The notes beneath the pieces were generated by a model. That model was not told the origin of the DNA. It saw only the letters and a list, made by a program, of their open reading frames with translations, and made no database searches. From assembly GCA_002269645.1 (NCBI GenBank), contig NIVC01000769.1, positions 62,001-126,000 on the forward strand: a stretch of 64,000 nucleotides of DNA. The letters are read 5' to 3'. The position numbers were made by a program, and so were the translations under genes. Origin of the DNA: Macrostomum lignano. Taxonomy: Eukaryota. This document shows, piece after piece, positions 23,786-35,547 of the stretch (position 1 is its first letter; each line of letters begins with the position of its first letter).

Positions 23786-26700
23786 ATGTCTGCTACAGAG
23801 CAGATGAGAGCAATGCTTGACGAGCTGATGGGCACAAATCGCGATGGTAATTAAGCCAAAATATATATTGTGATGTGATGGGATTTTTTTGTACACTTTG
23901 TCTAATGTAATTACTAAGGTCTCTTTATTATTAATTACTGAGTTATAAGACCAGCTTGGAAATATAAATTTGTTAGAAAATGCAAATTGTACAGTGTATA
24001 CTACATTCTACAATCTACATAGTATGTAAAATTTTAATATTCAAAAGTTCTAGCTAGCTCATACTTTTTTCTAGCATAAGGCTATAAGCAAGGAATAGGC
24101 CTTTTTGGAATATAATCACTAATATACAATTCTAACAACTATACTTGTTATAGCCTGATAGCTTGATACTTTTGCCATTTTCGACAATGAGGCAAAAAAG
24201 GAAGAGTTCTTTAATACCATCAATGCTACCCATAAGAACATCAGGTTTACTTCTGAGGGTGGTAGTAAAAGACTTCCCTTTGTGGACATTGACGTTGATA
24301 CAAGTAAGGGTTTGATTCAAACTAGCATGTTTAGAAACAGGGGCGTAGCCAGGATTTTTTTTGGGGGTATCGGTTAGCTGTTATCAGAAAGCAAGGGCTT
24401 GAGATCCACATATCCCCTTAATGTATTTCTAGTGCATAATACATATAATTACTCTATTTGTTTGTTAATTGTTATTCTTTTGATTTGGATACCTTTCTCT
24501 TCCTTAGTTAATGGTCACAATTGCAACTGAAAAAAGGAAAAAAAATGTTGCTTTGGAAATTTGGGGGTATTGGCCGATATACCGATACCCCCCTCGCTAC
24601 GCCCCTGTTTAGAAAAGCTGGCTTCACTGGTCTCATGCTTAGGTTTGATGCCCTCTACCCTAGGCAATGGAAAGACAGTTTGGTTTGGTGTTTTCTCTCA
24701 AGAGCTTTTTTGATTTGTAGTTCCTTGAAGCTTTTTCATGAGAAGCTAGAACAGCTTACTCGGCTATTTATGTTAAATGGATACCCTCGTGACTGTATTT
24801 CCGGCATCATTAATAGGTTTTTCTATAAGAAGTTTTCTAGTCAAAATCATACTTAGAAGAATGATCTCAATGATGATTGTAGTCCCGTCATTGCAGTTCC
24901 TTATTTAGGCCTCTGCTCCACAGAGTTTGGGGAGAAGTAGTAAAATTATTTAAATATCGTGAACATTGATTCCTAGCTCTGGGTTTTGTTTTGTATGGAA
25001 AAGATGGCTCAGTTTGTCTGCAGGTTGAAGTCCCATGTTCCTGGACTGCTTGTTGCAGGTGTCGTCTATAAATTTCATTGTTATATAGATCAGAACATCA
25101 CCTATATTGGTAAAACAAGGGTTAAAGAATATTGGATTAAAAATTCTACTATCAATAAGCACCTTCTCATGTGCAACTCCTGTTGCAATATGAACTGTTG
25201 TGATATGTTAAAAGTTATCGGTTCTTATAGCAAAGAAAACAAATAGAACATTCTCGAGGCAATGTACATCAAGGCTCAGAAACCAAATTTGAATAGCCAG
25301 TTAGCCATGGGGGTGTAAGCCACCAACTCAATGTGTTTTAGCTATGTTGGCAGTCTCATTGAACTTTATTTAAGTTTTCTTTTTCTTGTTAACCAGACTA
25401 GACTGAAATTGATTTGCATATGACATTGTACAGTCTTTATTTCTTAAATACAATATATAACTTGGTTATATGTGATTAATTGATATATCTACCCTGAAGA
25501 TGACCGATTGTAGCCAAAATGCATTGGCAAAACTAAAATGTTGATTTTGAGTTTTCTCTACTTAATTGTTATAGCTTATGTTATAATTATGACTAGGCTC
25601 CTAGTCTAGTATACAAAAGTTTATATTTGTAAATGAGCTTGACAAAAATGTTTATTAAAAAAATATATTAATATTATAGTTTGTAGGATTGTACTTTTGA
25701 TTACCAATCTTTGGTACATAAAAATAGTATTGAAATGATCATTATTCAAAATTAATTGAGGAAAAGATAGCATAGTACATATTTAGCTTTGTAAATTGTA
25801 ACCCCTCTCAATTCTCTCTTTAAACAGTTCTTTTTGCACTATATTCCACACTCTGGATCATATAATATGTCTAAAAATTTGGGCATGCATTGGCCTTATA
25901 TGGCAAAAATAATGTGCATAGTTAATATCATTCTTAAGAAAAACGTGTATATGCAATGCATACCTGGCATGTTTCTATTAGAATCAAAAGGAAAAGTTAA
26001 TGTTAAGTGTAAAAAATAGGGAAAAAGTTTATTGTTAAGCATAAATTTCAAGCTTTCTTGGCTTTTTAAGCTTGTAATAAGGTATTTAAATAAATATATG
26101 CATGTATTAATTTTTTGCTATAAATGCATAAGCAAAAAAACAAAAAATCATCCAAGTTATAAGCCAAAAAGGGTGCTTTATATAATCCAAAAAGGTCATT
26201 TATTGTTACCAATGCAAAAAAGATCATTTATTGTTGCAATATCAATGTAGATTTTTGAATTTGAATATGCAAAGAACATTTTTTGGCATATTTTGTAATA
26301 ATTATTTTGTAATTTGTAAAAATAATTTGTAATTATTTTGTAATCATTATTTTGTAATAATTCAATTTTTGTTCAGTTGTGCATTTAGTATGATCTGGAT
26401 TTTATGGACTATGTATAGAGTGGATATAAAGGCCTTTTGAGTGAGACAATAAAGATAAAAAGTGACTATAGTTTCAGAATGTAATTATTTTAAGGTAATT
26501 TTTGCATTTAAATGATTGGTTTTCAAAACTAAAATAGTATACAAGGTGCTTATTTATAAATAAAAGATGGTTCCATGATTTCTTAAAAGCTATATTGATA
26601 AGAAATGCTATAGTTTAGGAACACAGTCATTTTAAGGCATTTTTCATATTTGAATGATCATCATTAAAAATATATATAATAAATAAGGTGCTAATTAATA

Positions 26701-29700
26701 TAAAGTGCTAGAATCATTTGTTCCATAAAAGTTGGAATCTTCTATTTTGGAAACAGTTTGTTATATATTTTCTAAGAACTGTTAAGCTTTATTTATTTAA
26801 AACAATTTTTGAAGGGATTGCCACTTCATTTGGTGATTGTCATCCAAAAGATTGCTATTGGTTTTATGTAATTAATTTTTCTAGACTTTTTCAAGAAGAA
26901 ATCATAGTCTAGATCATACTGGGTGCATGCAAGAACAAGAATTAAATAGTTACAAATGCATACCAAAAAATTTTAGTGCATGCCTACACTCTTAAAGCTA
27001 GGCTGGTATTGTAACAATAAATGACCTTTTTTGTATTGCAATAATAAATTACCTTTTTGTGTTGCATAAAGGACTTTTTTAGCTAATAATTTGGTTTTTA
27101 TTTTATTTTCATATTTATACCAGTTATAGTAGAGAATTGATATATACCAACATTTGTTTAAATGCCTTATTATAAGCTTAAAAACCCAAAAGCTTTAAAT
27201 TTACACTTAAAAATGAACTTTTCAATTTTTTCCACCTAATACTAACTCTTCTATATTATTCTATTAAGTGTATGCCAACTGTGTACATTTAACTTTTGGT
27301 GTGCAAGGCCAATGCACACCCAAATTTTCTAGTATATACTACATGATCTAGAGTATATAGAAGAAATTTTGCTTTTGACTTATATGTTGTTAATATATAT
27401 TTTAATAGCTAGCCAAATACTTTAAACTTCTTGAATGGGACTTCTTGAACTTTAGGTAGATAAAATAGTTGCAGTTTTGATAGGATCATAATTTTGTCTC
27501 TATAAAGGTTTTGATAGTGCTGATTTCAAATTTAAGCTTCATTTTTGTAGCTTAAAAGCCAACCACTAAGACATAGGGGATGGGGGGTTTTAGGGTGGGG
27601 AAAATCTTCATTGGGAATGATTTTATGTGCCTAAACTTTAATAGAGGCATGGAGGTCTATTTAAGATTAGGTAGACAAATTTGGAGGCTAATGGGAAGGG
27701 GGAAGTTTTGGGGGATGGGGTGAGGGAGGGGCTAATACCATCAATAACAGGGCATGGGGAATGGTGGGTTTGGGGAGAATCTTCATGAGGATAGATTTTA
27801 TATACCTAAACTTCAATAGAGGTATGGGAGGTCTATTATAGATTAGGTAGATAAATTCAGAGACTGAGGGGGTCCAGGGGGGAATTGTAATGAAGCTTAA
27901 ATAAAAAATTCAGCAAGTTAGGCCTATCAAACGCCTCCATGAAGAAAAATTGTAATCCTATAAAACTATAACTAATTGATATCAGCAGTTGTAGTTACCT
28001 TCAGAATAGAGAAGACAATGCAGATTAGTAGAAATGAGTATAGGTAAACAAGTAAAGAATATAAAGCTAGTCACAACCATGAGAATGACAGCAAATCAAA
28101 AGTGGAAGGTGAGAGGCAGTGGCAAACTGTGAGTTAATATTTTTTAAAACACTAATCTGATGTGGCATTCTCACTGCACTATAACACACAGTGTGAAGAA
28201 ACTTAGAATAGAAACTCTTTTTATTGGAGTTAAAATTCTCACCCTCTAAATATTCTTTTAAAATGAATTCATTAAATTGCGGAAAATATTTATGTTTGAA
28301 AGTCATGATTCTAAAAAAAGCTTAATTTTCAAATATACAATTCTCAAAAACTACTTGTATCAAATTCTCACTAATTATATAGGGATATAAAATTGAGCTC
28401 TTGTTAACTCTAAAGGTAATTCTTTATAGTTTTTTGCTTTAATATCATTTTGGACATTCTCTAAGACTCTGGCAAAAGTTTCAGAAAAAATGGAAAATCA
28501 GAAGTATTTTATGTACCTAAAGTTCAAGAAGTCCCTTAAATGCACTTTAAGTATATAAATTTGTTGCAGTTTTGATAGGATCATAATTTTATCTCTATAA
28601 AGGTTTTTGATTGTGCTTATTTTAAATTTAAGCTTCATTTCTTAGTAGCTCAACCCAACTATATGTAGCTTAAAGCTAACAATTATAGTATGGGAAATAT
28701 AATAAGTATTTTTGGGTAGGGAGATTCTTAATGGGCAATGTTGTGCAAGCCACTTGAAAAAAAGTTATTTTTGGCACTAGTACTAAAAGCAAATCACTTT
28801 AAAAGAGTAATTTCTAATTCCTAGTTTCAATTAGGAATTTAAAAAGTTCTTAAAGTCCTGAGGTTTTTGAAAGGACCCTGATCTTGAGTTTAAGATATTG
28901 AGCTTAAAGATCAAGTCTATTGACTTTTAGTTTTTTTTTCATTCAAAGCTACCAAGGCAAAGATAAAATATTTTTAATGTAAGCAGTGCTAGCGACTATT
29001 GTATTGATAAGTGCCTTATCTAATTGTAGAATATAATGTGTAATATAAGGAAACCAGTTATTTTAGCAAGACATTTTGATAGAAAGCTTTTCTTAATGCA
29101 GTATAAGCATTGTGTTTTAAAGCAGTGAATTTAATAGCAAATAGAGTAAGGTAATGCAGTTTTGAATAAAAAAAGTAAAAGTGAGTTAGAGTTTTGAGCA
29201 GAACAATTTTTTGCAACAGTATAAGGTGGAGGAGTAGATGGGTAGTGGCAAGGTTAGACTGAGTTTGAGTGAGCTAGGATTATCAAAATTGAAGAAATAA
29301 AATATGCAGTGCACTTTGTATATTATATTTATATCTACTTATATCAATAATGTACAATAGTACAATAATGTAAATGTACAATAAGCATAGTCACAATGTG
29401 CCAACAGAATAGGTAAATAGAAATCACTGTTTACTAATCAAAATAACTAATTTTCTATTTGGCCTGAATATTATAAGAAATATTATAAAGCTAAAAATCA
29501 AGGTAACTCTAGGTTATAACAAAAACATTGATAAATATCCACTATAGCTTTTGCAAAAACTTCATTGCCAAAAAGACTTTTTGCCAAAATGACCCTAACC
29601 CATAGTATAAATCAAATAAAAAGTTGTCTTTTATGATAATATTATTTGATGTTAATCAACCAAACTATAATCAGTAAGACTGATTATATATAAGTATTTT

Positions 29701-32700
29701 GAGTGTATTATGTAAGTATTATAGTAATCACTAATCAAATACCTTAGGAAAAACAACTTAGGAGTCAAGTCAACTTACTTCCATTCTCAATAATAGCAAC
29801 AATTTCAAAATCTATAACAGTAATGTAAACTACATAATTAATGTAATTATTTGACAAAGCACTTTTGGCATTAGGTCTGCATTATGTTTTGCTTTTAATA
29901 AAAAACAGAAGGCAAATACCCAACCAATTACTGTACAAATAGTGAAATTGACAAAATTTACAATTGTTTATTTTTATTTTTAAAGTGCCAGAAGTTCCAG
30001 ACTTATCACAATGTAATTTGAAAATATGCTGCTTTAAAAAAAGTAACTTCTAGAAGTGCCAGAAGTGCTGGAACTTTACCAAACACTGTTGATAGGGATA
30101 AAGTTTTTTATACCTAAATTTCAAGAGGCATGAGTCTATTAAATATTAGGTATATATAAAAGTTTAGGGGGGTGACTAACCAAAAGGTTAACTACCAATA
30201 ACAGGGAGTCTATATATCTATTAAGGATTAAGAAAGCTTACAGGACAGAATGTGACATTCAAAAACGAGAAAAGTGCTCATAGATCAGCAGAATGGCCAT
30301 GCCATAATTGCTAAGAAACATTAGAATAGAAATATCAAATTTTCTTTTAACTGTTTTAGGTGAAAAGCCCAAGCTTCGTTTTGACGATCCAAGTGTCTGT
30401 AAATGCTTCTTGCTGGGCTGCTGCCCGCACGAAATTCTACAGGGCACGGTAAGTTGCATTCTGCCATATTGATCTTTCAAGCTTTAGTTGTAAAGCAGAA
30501 GAATTAGAAAACAGAATTTTGTTGATGTTAATATTGAGTTTGGGGAAGATTGAGCATTGAGCTGTTTTCTAATTGATTGTTAGCTTAGATTTTGTGTACT
30601 GTTTAGTCCTGCACTATCTTATGCAGTAAAGCTAGTGTTATTCTTATTACTATATAGTAGGTATATTAATAGTGGCCGCGCTGACTACCGATTTTTCGGC
30701 GCAAAAATTCACTTGACAATTCTCCCCCCTTTTCTGTTTTCTCTCCTATCTCCGAATGTCAAGCGGAAAGGCAGAGAACAGACAGACAGTGTTAGCCAGA
30801 CAGTGTGACCATTAACTATCAATGCATCTTCTTCTTAGGCACTGACACTAGACCAAAATTAGGTACGTAGCCCATGGGGTAAGTAAAACCGAACCAACTT
30901 GTGACAATTATGCAACTGACTGTGTTGAGATTGTGAAACTGTGCGGCAGCGTACAGTTGTTCTTTTTGTTGCTGGCAGAACTCTGGCAGAACAAATGCAT
31001 TCCAAATTCCGATTTGACATTGTATATTCATTTCCTGCTCCAAGCGTGTGGCGCTAAGCGAGAACTTGTGAGTATATGACTCTTTTTTTGTCCCGTGGTC
31101 TTGCCTTCTCGGCTGTCTAGCTTCTCCTGACTTCTAATCTACTAAATTGCTCGTCTTTTGACTAGTGAAACAATACCGGTAAAGTAGACAAATCTGCCAT
31201 TTCATTCTCTATCCTCTTCTTGATTCCCTACTCAAAAAATCCCGCCAACACGCAACGATTCGGTATCTTCGCTGGAAGCAGAAGATCCCATCCGAACCAG
31301 CTGAGAACGAGTCGGCATTGTACGCGGATCGTCTACTCGGGATGTTCTGTAAGCCGTGAACAAAGACTAGGGCCTTGTGAATAAATGAATTGTTAATAAA
31401 GCTCATGTTGGTCCGCTAGTGAAAGTGCTGCTCATGCTGCTCATCTTCGTGCACCACTGCTAGCGCAAATATTGACAGGTTTGTGTTGCCCTCCAGTTTG
31501 AGGCTCGGCGACTGTCATGTCATCATCATCTCTGCAACATGCCGGCCCACTTGTAAGACAAATAATCTCTGCTGACTTAATAAGCGTGAGGAATTGTAGC
31601 ATTGTGAGAGACTGAGAGGTATTCATCAATTTGCCTTGTTTTATCATTTGTCATATTCTTTTGTGCAATATAAAAGAAGCATTGTTTTAATCAGCTTTAT
31701 ACTACTTTTAATATTATTTGCATAATACACGCATAGTTAACACCTGCGTTTCTGTTAATCTCCTCTTTTTTCTATGTGTTGCTTCCGCGCAGCGAATGGA
31801 CATCGGCGACTGTCCGAATGTGCACGACGTGGCCCTGAAAGCCGACTACACGCAGGCTAGGGATCGGCGCCGCTACAACTTCGAATACGATGTAAGTCCG
31901 TTAGCTTCACCCCGAGGTGCGGTGAACTGATATATGACCCCCCCCGACCCCCAATTTCCTTGGCAGGAGGGGTCAGCTGACCCTCTGGTACCCGCCACTG
32001 CAGAATATCTGTCGCTTTATCCAGTATAATTACAAGGATCATAATCCTATAGCTCAGAGTTGGTTTCACACTTTAATATAACTTTGTTGTCAAAACAAGC
32101 ATAGATAAAAGTTCTTGCGTCAGTCGAAAACCGCCTTGCAATCAGATCTTTACAGCCTGGGCTGTTCTCAAAAGGGAAAGGACTTACGGAACACCTCTCC
32201 TCGTATATAGTCTCGGCTTAAGATCGAGTATGTAGTATCTAAGATCTTTTCTATTCGTGTAACTACTTACCGGTATGGGTAGTAGTTTATGTCTCTTATC
32301 CAGTAGTATTGGGCTTTAAATCGAGCATATAGTATCTTCGAAATTTCAATTTGTGCTACTACTCACGCCTGATAAGTAGTATAATAGCCTCCTAATCCGT
32401 TCGTTAAACAACTCGCAGGCCCTGAACCACTTGGAGAACTTCATTGGCGAATGCGATCGCCGAACCGAGCAGGCTAAGAAGCGCCTCCGCGACACCCAGG
32501 AGGACCTGTCCGAGGACGCCAGCGAGAAGGCCGAACTAATTAGCAAGCTGGGCGAAGAGATCGGCACTAAATTGGCCAACGCCGAGAAGCTCGGCGCCGA
32601 GGGCAAAGTCGACGAGAGTCTCAAACTGATGAAGGAGGTCGACGAGCTCAGTCGCAAGAAAGGCGACGTTGAGAAAGAGTTTCGCGACTGTATGCCTAAT

Positions 32701-33633
32701 AATACTTATCAGCAGCAGAAGCTGCGTGTGTGCGAAATCTGTTCGGCCTTTCTTGGCATCCACGACAACGACAGACGGCTAGCCGACCATTTCGGCGGCA
32801 AGCTGCACCTTGGCTTTATCGAGATTCGCGAACACCTGAGCGAATTGCGCGCCACAGTTAAAGCGATGCGCGAAGAGCGCAGCAGAAGCCGCAGAGGCAG
32901 CAGCAGCCGGCACAGCTTCGGCGGTGGTGGCGGCAACGACGACTATCGTCAGGGCGGCGGCGGCGGCGAAGGCCGGTCCCGGTCGCGCTCGCGCAGCAGT
33001 CGTCGCAGGCATCGCAGCCGTTCGAAATCGTCGTCCAGAGCGTCGCGAAAGCGACACCATCACCATAGGGGTAGCGATAGGCACAGTAGGCGAGACTCCC
33101 GATCCAGGTCCATATCCCGTGACGACAAGGACCGCGAGCGAGGTCGGGATCGGGACCGCGAAAGGAACCGAGACCGGGACCGAGACCATCGCTCGTCCGC
33201 ATCTAAGAAGTCCCGACGCCGATCCCGATCTAGATCTCGATCGAAGTCGCGCGGCAAAGACGGCAACCGCGACGCCGACAAAAATCGGAAGGAGCGGCGT
33301 CGGAAACGGGACCGGGAGCGACAACGCAGCGGCTCCGAGTCGAGTCGTCCAGCAGAAGCCGCCACGGCCGACGATGCGAAGAAGCCGAAGCAGGAGCTTG
33401 AATTAGCGGCTGCGCCCACAGCGGATGCAACACTGTCGAAGCCGACTGAGGTCAAGGAGTCGCCAAAGAGGGAGACCGACAAGCAGGACGTCGCCAACGG
33501 CGGCGGCAGCGTTGCAGCCGACAAAGATGTCGCCGCTGATGAAGCTTCTTCGGAGCCGGACTCGGCAGTAAAAACCGAGGAGGCTGTTCAAGAAAAAAGC
33601 CCCGCCGCCACGCCTGCTACAGATGATAATTAA
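23786..33633 (+). CDS. LUC7L: LUC7-like U1 snRNP-associated splicing factor (LUC7L/LUC7L2 type), 487 aa; exons 23786-23846, 30360-30448, 31793-31891, 32419-33633
   Basis: MSATEQMRAMLDELMGTNRDG / EKPKLRFDDPSVCKCFLLGCCPHEILQGT / RMDIGDCPNVHD (ZnF1) / ..QQQKLRVCEICSAFLGIHDNDRRLADHFGGKLHLGF (ZnF2) followed by an RS/RD domain. Splice phases 1, 0, 0 all match. Confidence 0.95.
24338..24607. mobile_element. hAT-type MITE (270 bp) with perfect 8-bp TSD, nested in the Penelope RT
   Basis: TIRs caggggcgtagc / gctacgcccctg; TSD tttagaaa at 24330-24337 and 24608-24615; removing it restores the RT frame (MFRK-AGFTG). Confidence 0.92.
25492..25527 (+). ncRNA. Decayed minimal hammerhead-ribozyme motif at the Penelope 3' end
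   Basis: ccCTGAAGAtgaccgattgtagccAAAAtgcattgg; CUGANGA core intact, GAAA core read as AAAA, palindromic aatgcatt stem III. Likely inactive. Confidence 0.5.
27437..28640. repeat. Mosaic of inverted and direct repeat modules in LUC7 intron 1
   Basis: Perfect 22-bp inverted pair gggacttcttgaactttaggta (27437-27458) / tacctaaagttcaagaagtccc (28514-28535); about 80-bp direct repeat gttgcagttttgataggatcataatttt..aagcttcatt (about 27468-27543, 28563-28639); two G-rich units of about 170 bp at 27575-27880 with a third relative near 30095-30200. Confidence 0.65.
30839..31178 (+). other. Candidate poison micro-exons in LUC7 intron 2 (30839-30862 or 30878; 31045-31067; 31166-31178)
   Basis: Each has a polypyrimidine-AG acceptor and a GT donor, and each would introduce a stop or frameshift in this phase-0 intron. 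No transcript evidence. Confidence 0.5.
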
Positions 33634-34618
33634 GGCAGCAGTCATCGCGCTAACACTAAGCACTCCTGGACATGTTGCTTCGTCCGTACCACAGATACTA
33701 TAGTAACTAGCTTTGCTGCTTGTACAACAGTTTTCTCTACTTTCAGTTCAGCTTACTAATAATATTCGCCCATCCGAGACAAAAATTGAAATAACATACC
33801 TACTTGCCTTGAATATACATGCAGTCCATTGTTGGTTTGGATAGTACATCCTGGGCCATGGGATCTCAGCAGTTCCCACTGAGCATTGGAGTCTACTAAA
33901 TGGTCAATCTCAGAGTACTAAATTACATTAAAATGCTTCTGTTGTACTTTTCTACTGAACTATAAGTAGCTTATGACCGAGTGTCCAATCTAGTTAGTTT
34001 ATTTTAAAGTATCTGTTGGTTCCCTGTTGAAAAATCTAATAAACTTTTTTTTCTTTAACATTATGATTACTAAAAACTCTGTTTAATTTATTTAGCATAA
34101 CTGTCACATACGCACTGTAGGTGTTATTTGATCACTGTTCCAATATACCTGTGCGCAATAACTAACTGTATGTCTGTAATTAAGTGCTGTATTTTGGTTT
34201 CCTGCATGGAAAATATGTAGTCTCAAGAACCTCGTCGCTTACAGTCAGTTTCGTATATTATATGATTTATTTAATTTTAAAAATATAATGAGGGCTCATG
34301 CACTACTATAAGTATTGCTGTGGGAAATTTATATTAAACTATATGCTTCTTTTGCGACAAAAAATGTAACATATATACCACTTTAGTACGAGTTGCTAAT
34401 TACTACAAATTCTATATCCTGTTTTTTAATTCCCCCGAAGCTTAATCCTCAATTGTTACTTAATTGAGCAATTATATTGGCTATGCGCGTTCCGTACTAT
34501 TATTATATACAGTAACGCACAAACAAGTACTTTGCTCTTGTTTATTTACCTCGAAAATATTTAGTAGCTTAAAATTTTTAGATTTATTCGATTGTTTACA
34601 GTAATTATCGTCCTACTT

Positions 34619-35547
34619 CATTCAATTCAGACAGTCAGCATTCAATTCAGACAGTCAGCATTCAATTCAGACAGTCAGCATTCAATTCAGACAGTCAGCA
34701 TTCAATTCAGACAGTCAGCATTCAATTCAAACAGTCAGCATTCAATTCAGACAGTCAGCATTCAATTCAAACAGTCAGCATTCAATTCAGGCAGTCAGCA
34801 TTCAATTCAGACAGTCAGCATTCAATTCAGGCAGTCAGCATTCAATTCAGACAGTCAGCATTCAATTCAAACAGTCAGCATTCAATTCAGGCAGTCAGCA
34901 TTCAATTCAGACAGTCAGCATTCAATTCAGACAGTCAGCATTCAATTCAGACAGTCAGCATTCAATTCAGACAGTCAGCATTCAATTCAGACAGTCAGCA
35001 TTCAATTCAGACAGTCAGCATTCAATTCAGACAGTCAGCATTCAATTCAGACAGTCAGCATTCAATTCAGACAGTCAGCATTCAATTCAGACAGTCAGCA
35101 TTCAATTCAGACAGTCAGCATTCAATTCAGACAGTCAGCATTCAATTCAGACAGTCAGCATTCAATTCAGACAGTCAGCATTCAATTCAGACAGTCAGCA
35201 TTCAATTCAGACAGTCAGCATTCAATTCAGACAGTCAGCATTCAATTCAGACAGTCAGCATTCAATTCAGACAGTCAGCATTCAATTCAGACAGTCAGCA
35301 TTCAATTCAGACAGTCAGCATTCAATTCAGACAGTCAGCATTCAATTCAGGCAGTCAGCATTCAATTCAGACAGTCAGCATTCAATTCAGACAGTCAGCA
35401 TTCAATTCAGACAGTCAGCATTCAATTCAGGCAGTCAGCATTCAATTCAGACAGTCAGCATTCAATTCAGGCAGTCAGCATTCAATTCAGACAGTCAGCA
35501 TTCAATTCAGACAGTCAGCATTCAATTCGAACAGTCAGCATTCAATT
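34619..35547. repeat. 20-bp tandem array, about 46 copies
   Basis: Unit cattcaattcagacagtcag, with few variants (aaacag, ggcag). Confidence 0.97.

Larger units (their letters stand above)
24165..25530 (+). mobile_element. 5'-truncated, decayed Penelope-like retroelement (RT C-terminus plus GIY-YIG endonuclease) in LUC7 intron 1
   Basis: DTFAIF..NATHKNIRFTSE..LPFVDIDV..TSMFRK|AGFTGLML..YPRQWKDSLV..LSRAFLICS..LFMLNGYP; later GVVYKFHC..YIGKT and a ..EAMYIKAQKPNLNSQ-type end; 3' ctgaagatgacc motif typical of PLE pseudo-LTRs. Confidence 0.88.

Noticed and set aside
32779-33663. Minus-strand ORFs overlapping LUC7 exon 4
   Set aside because: Antisense shadows of the GC-rich RS-domain coding sequence.
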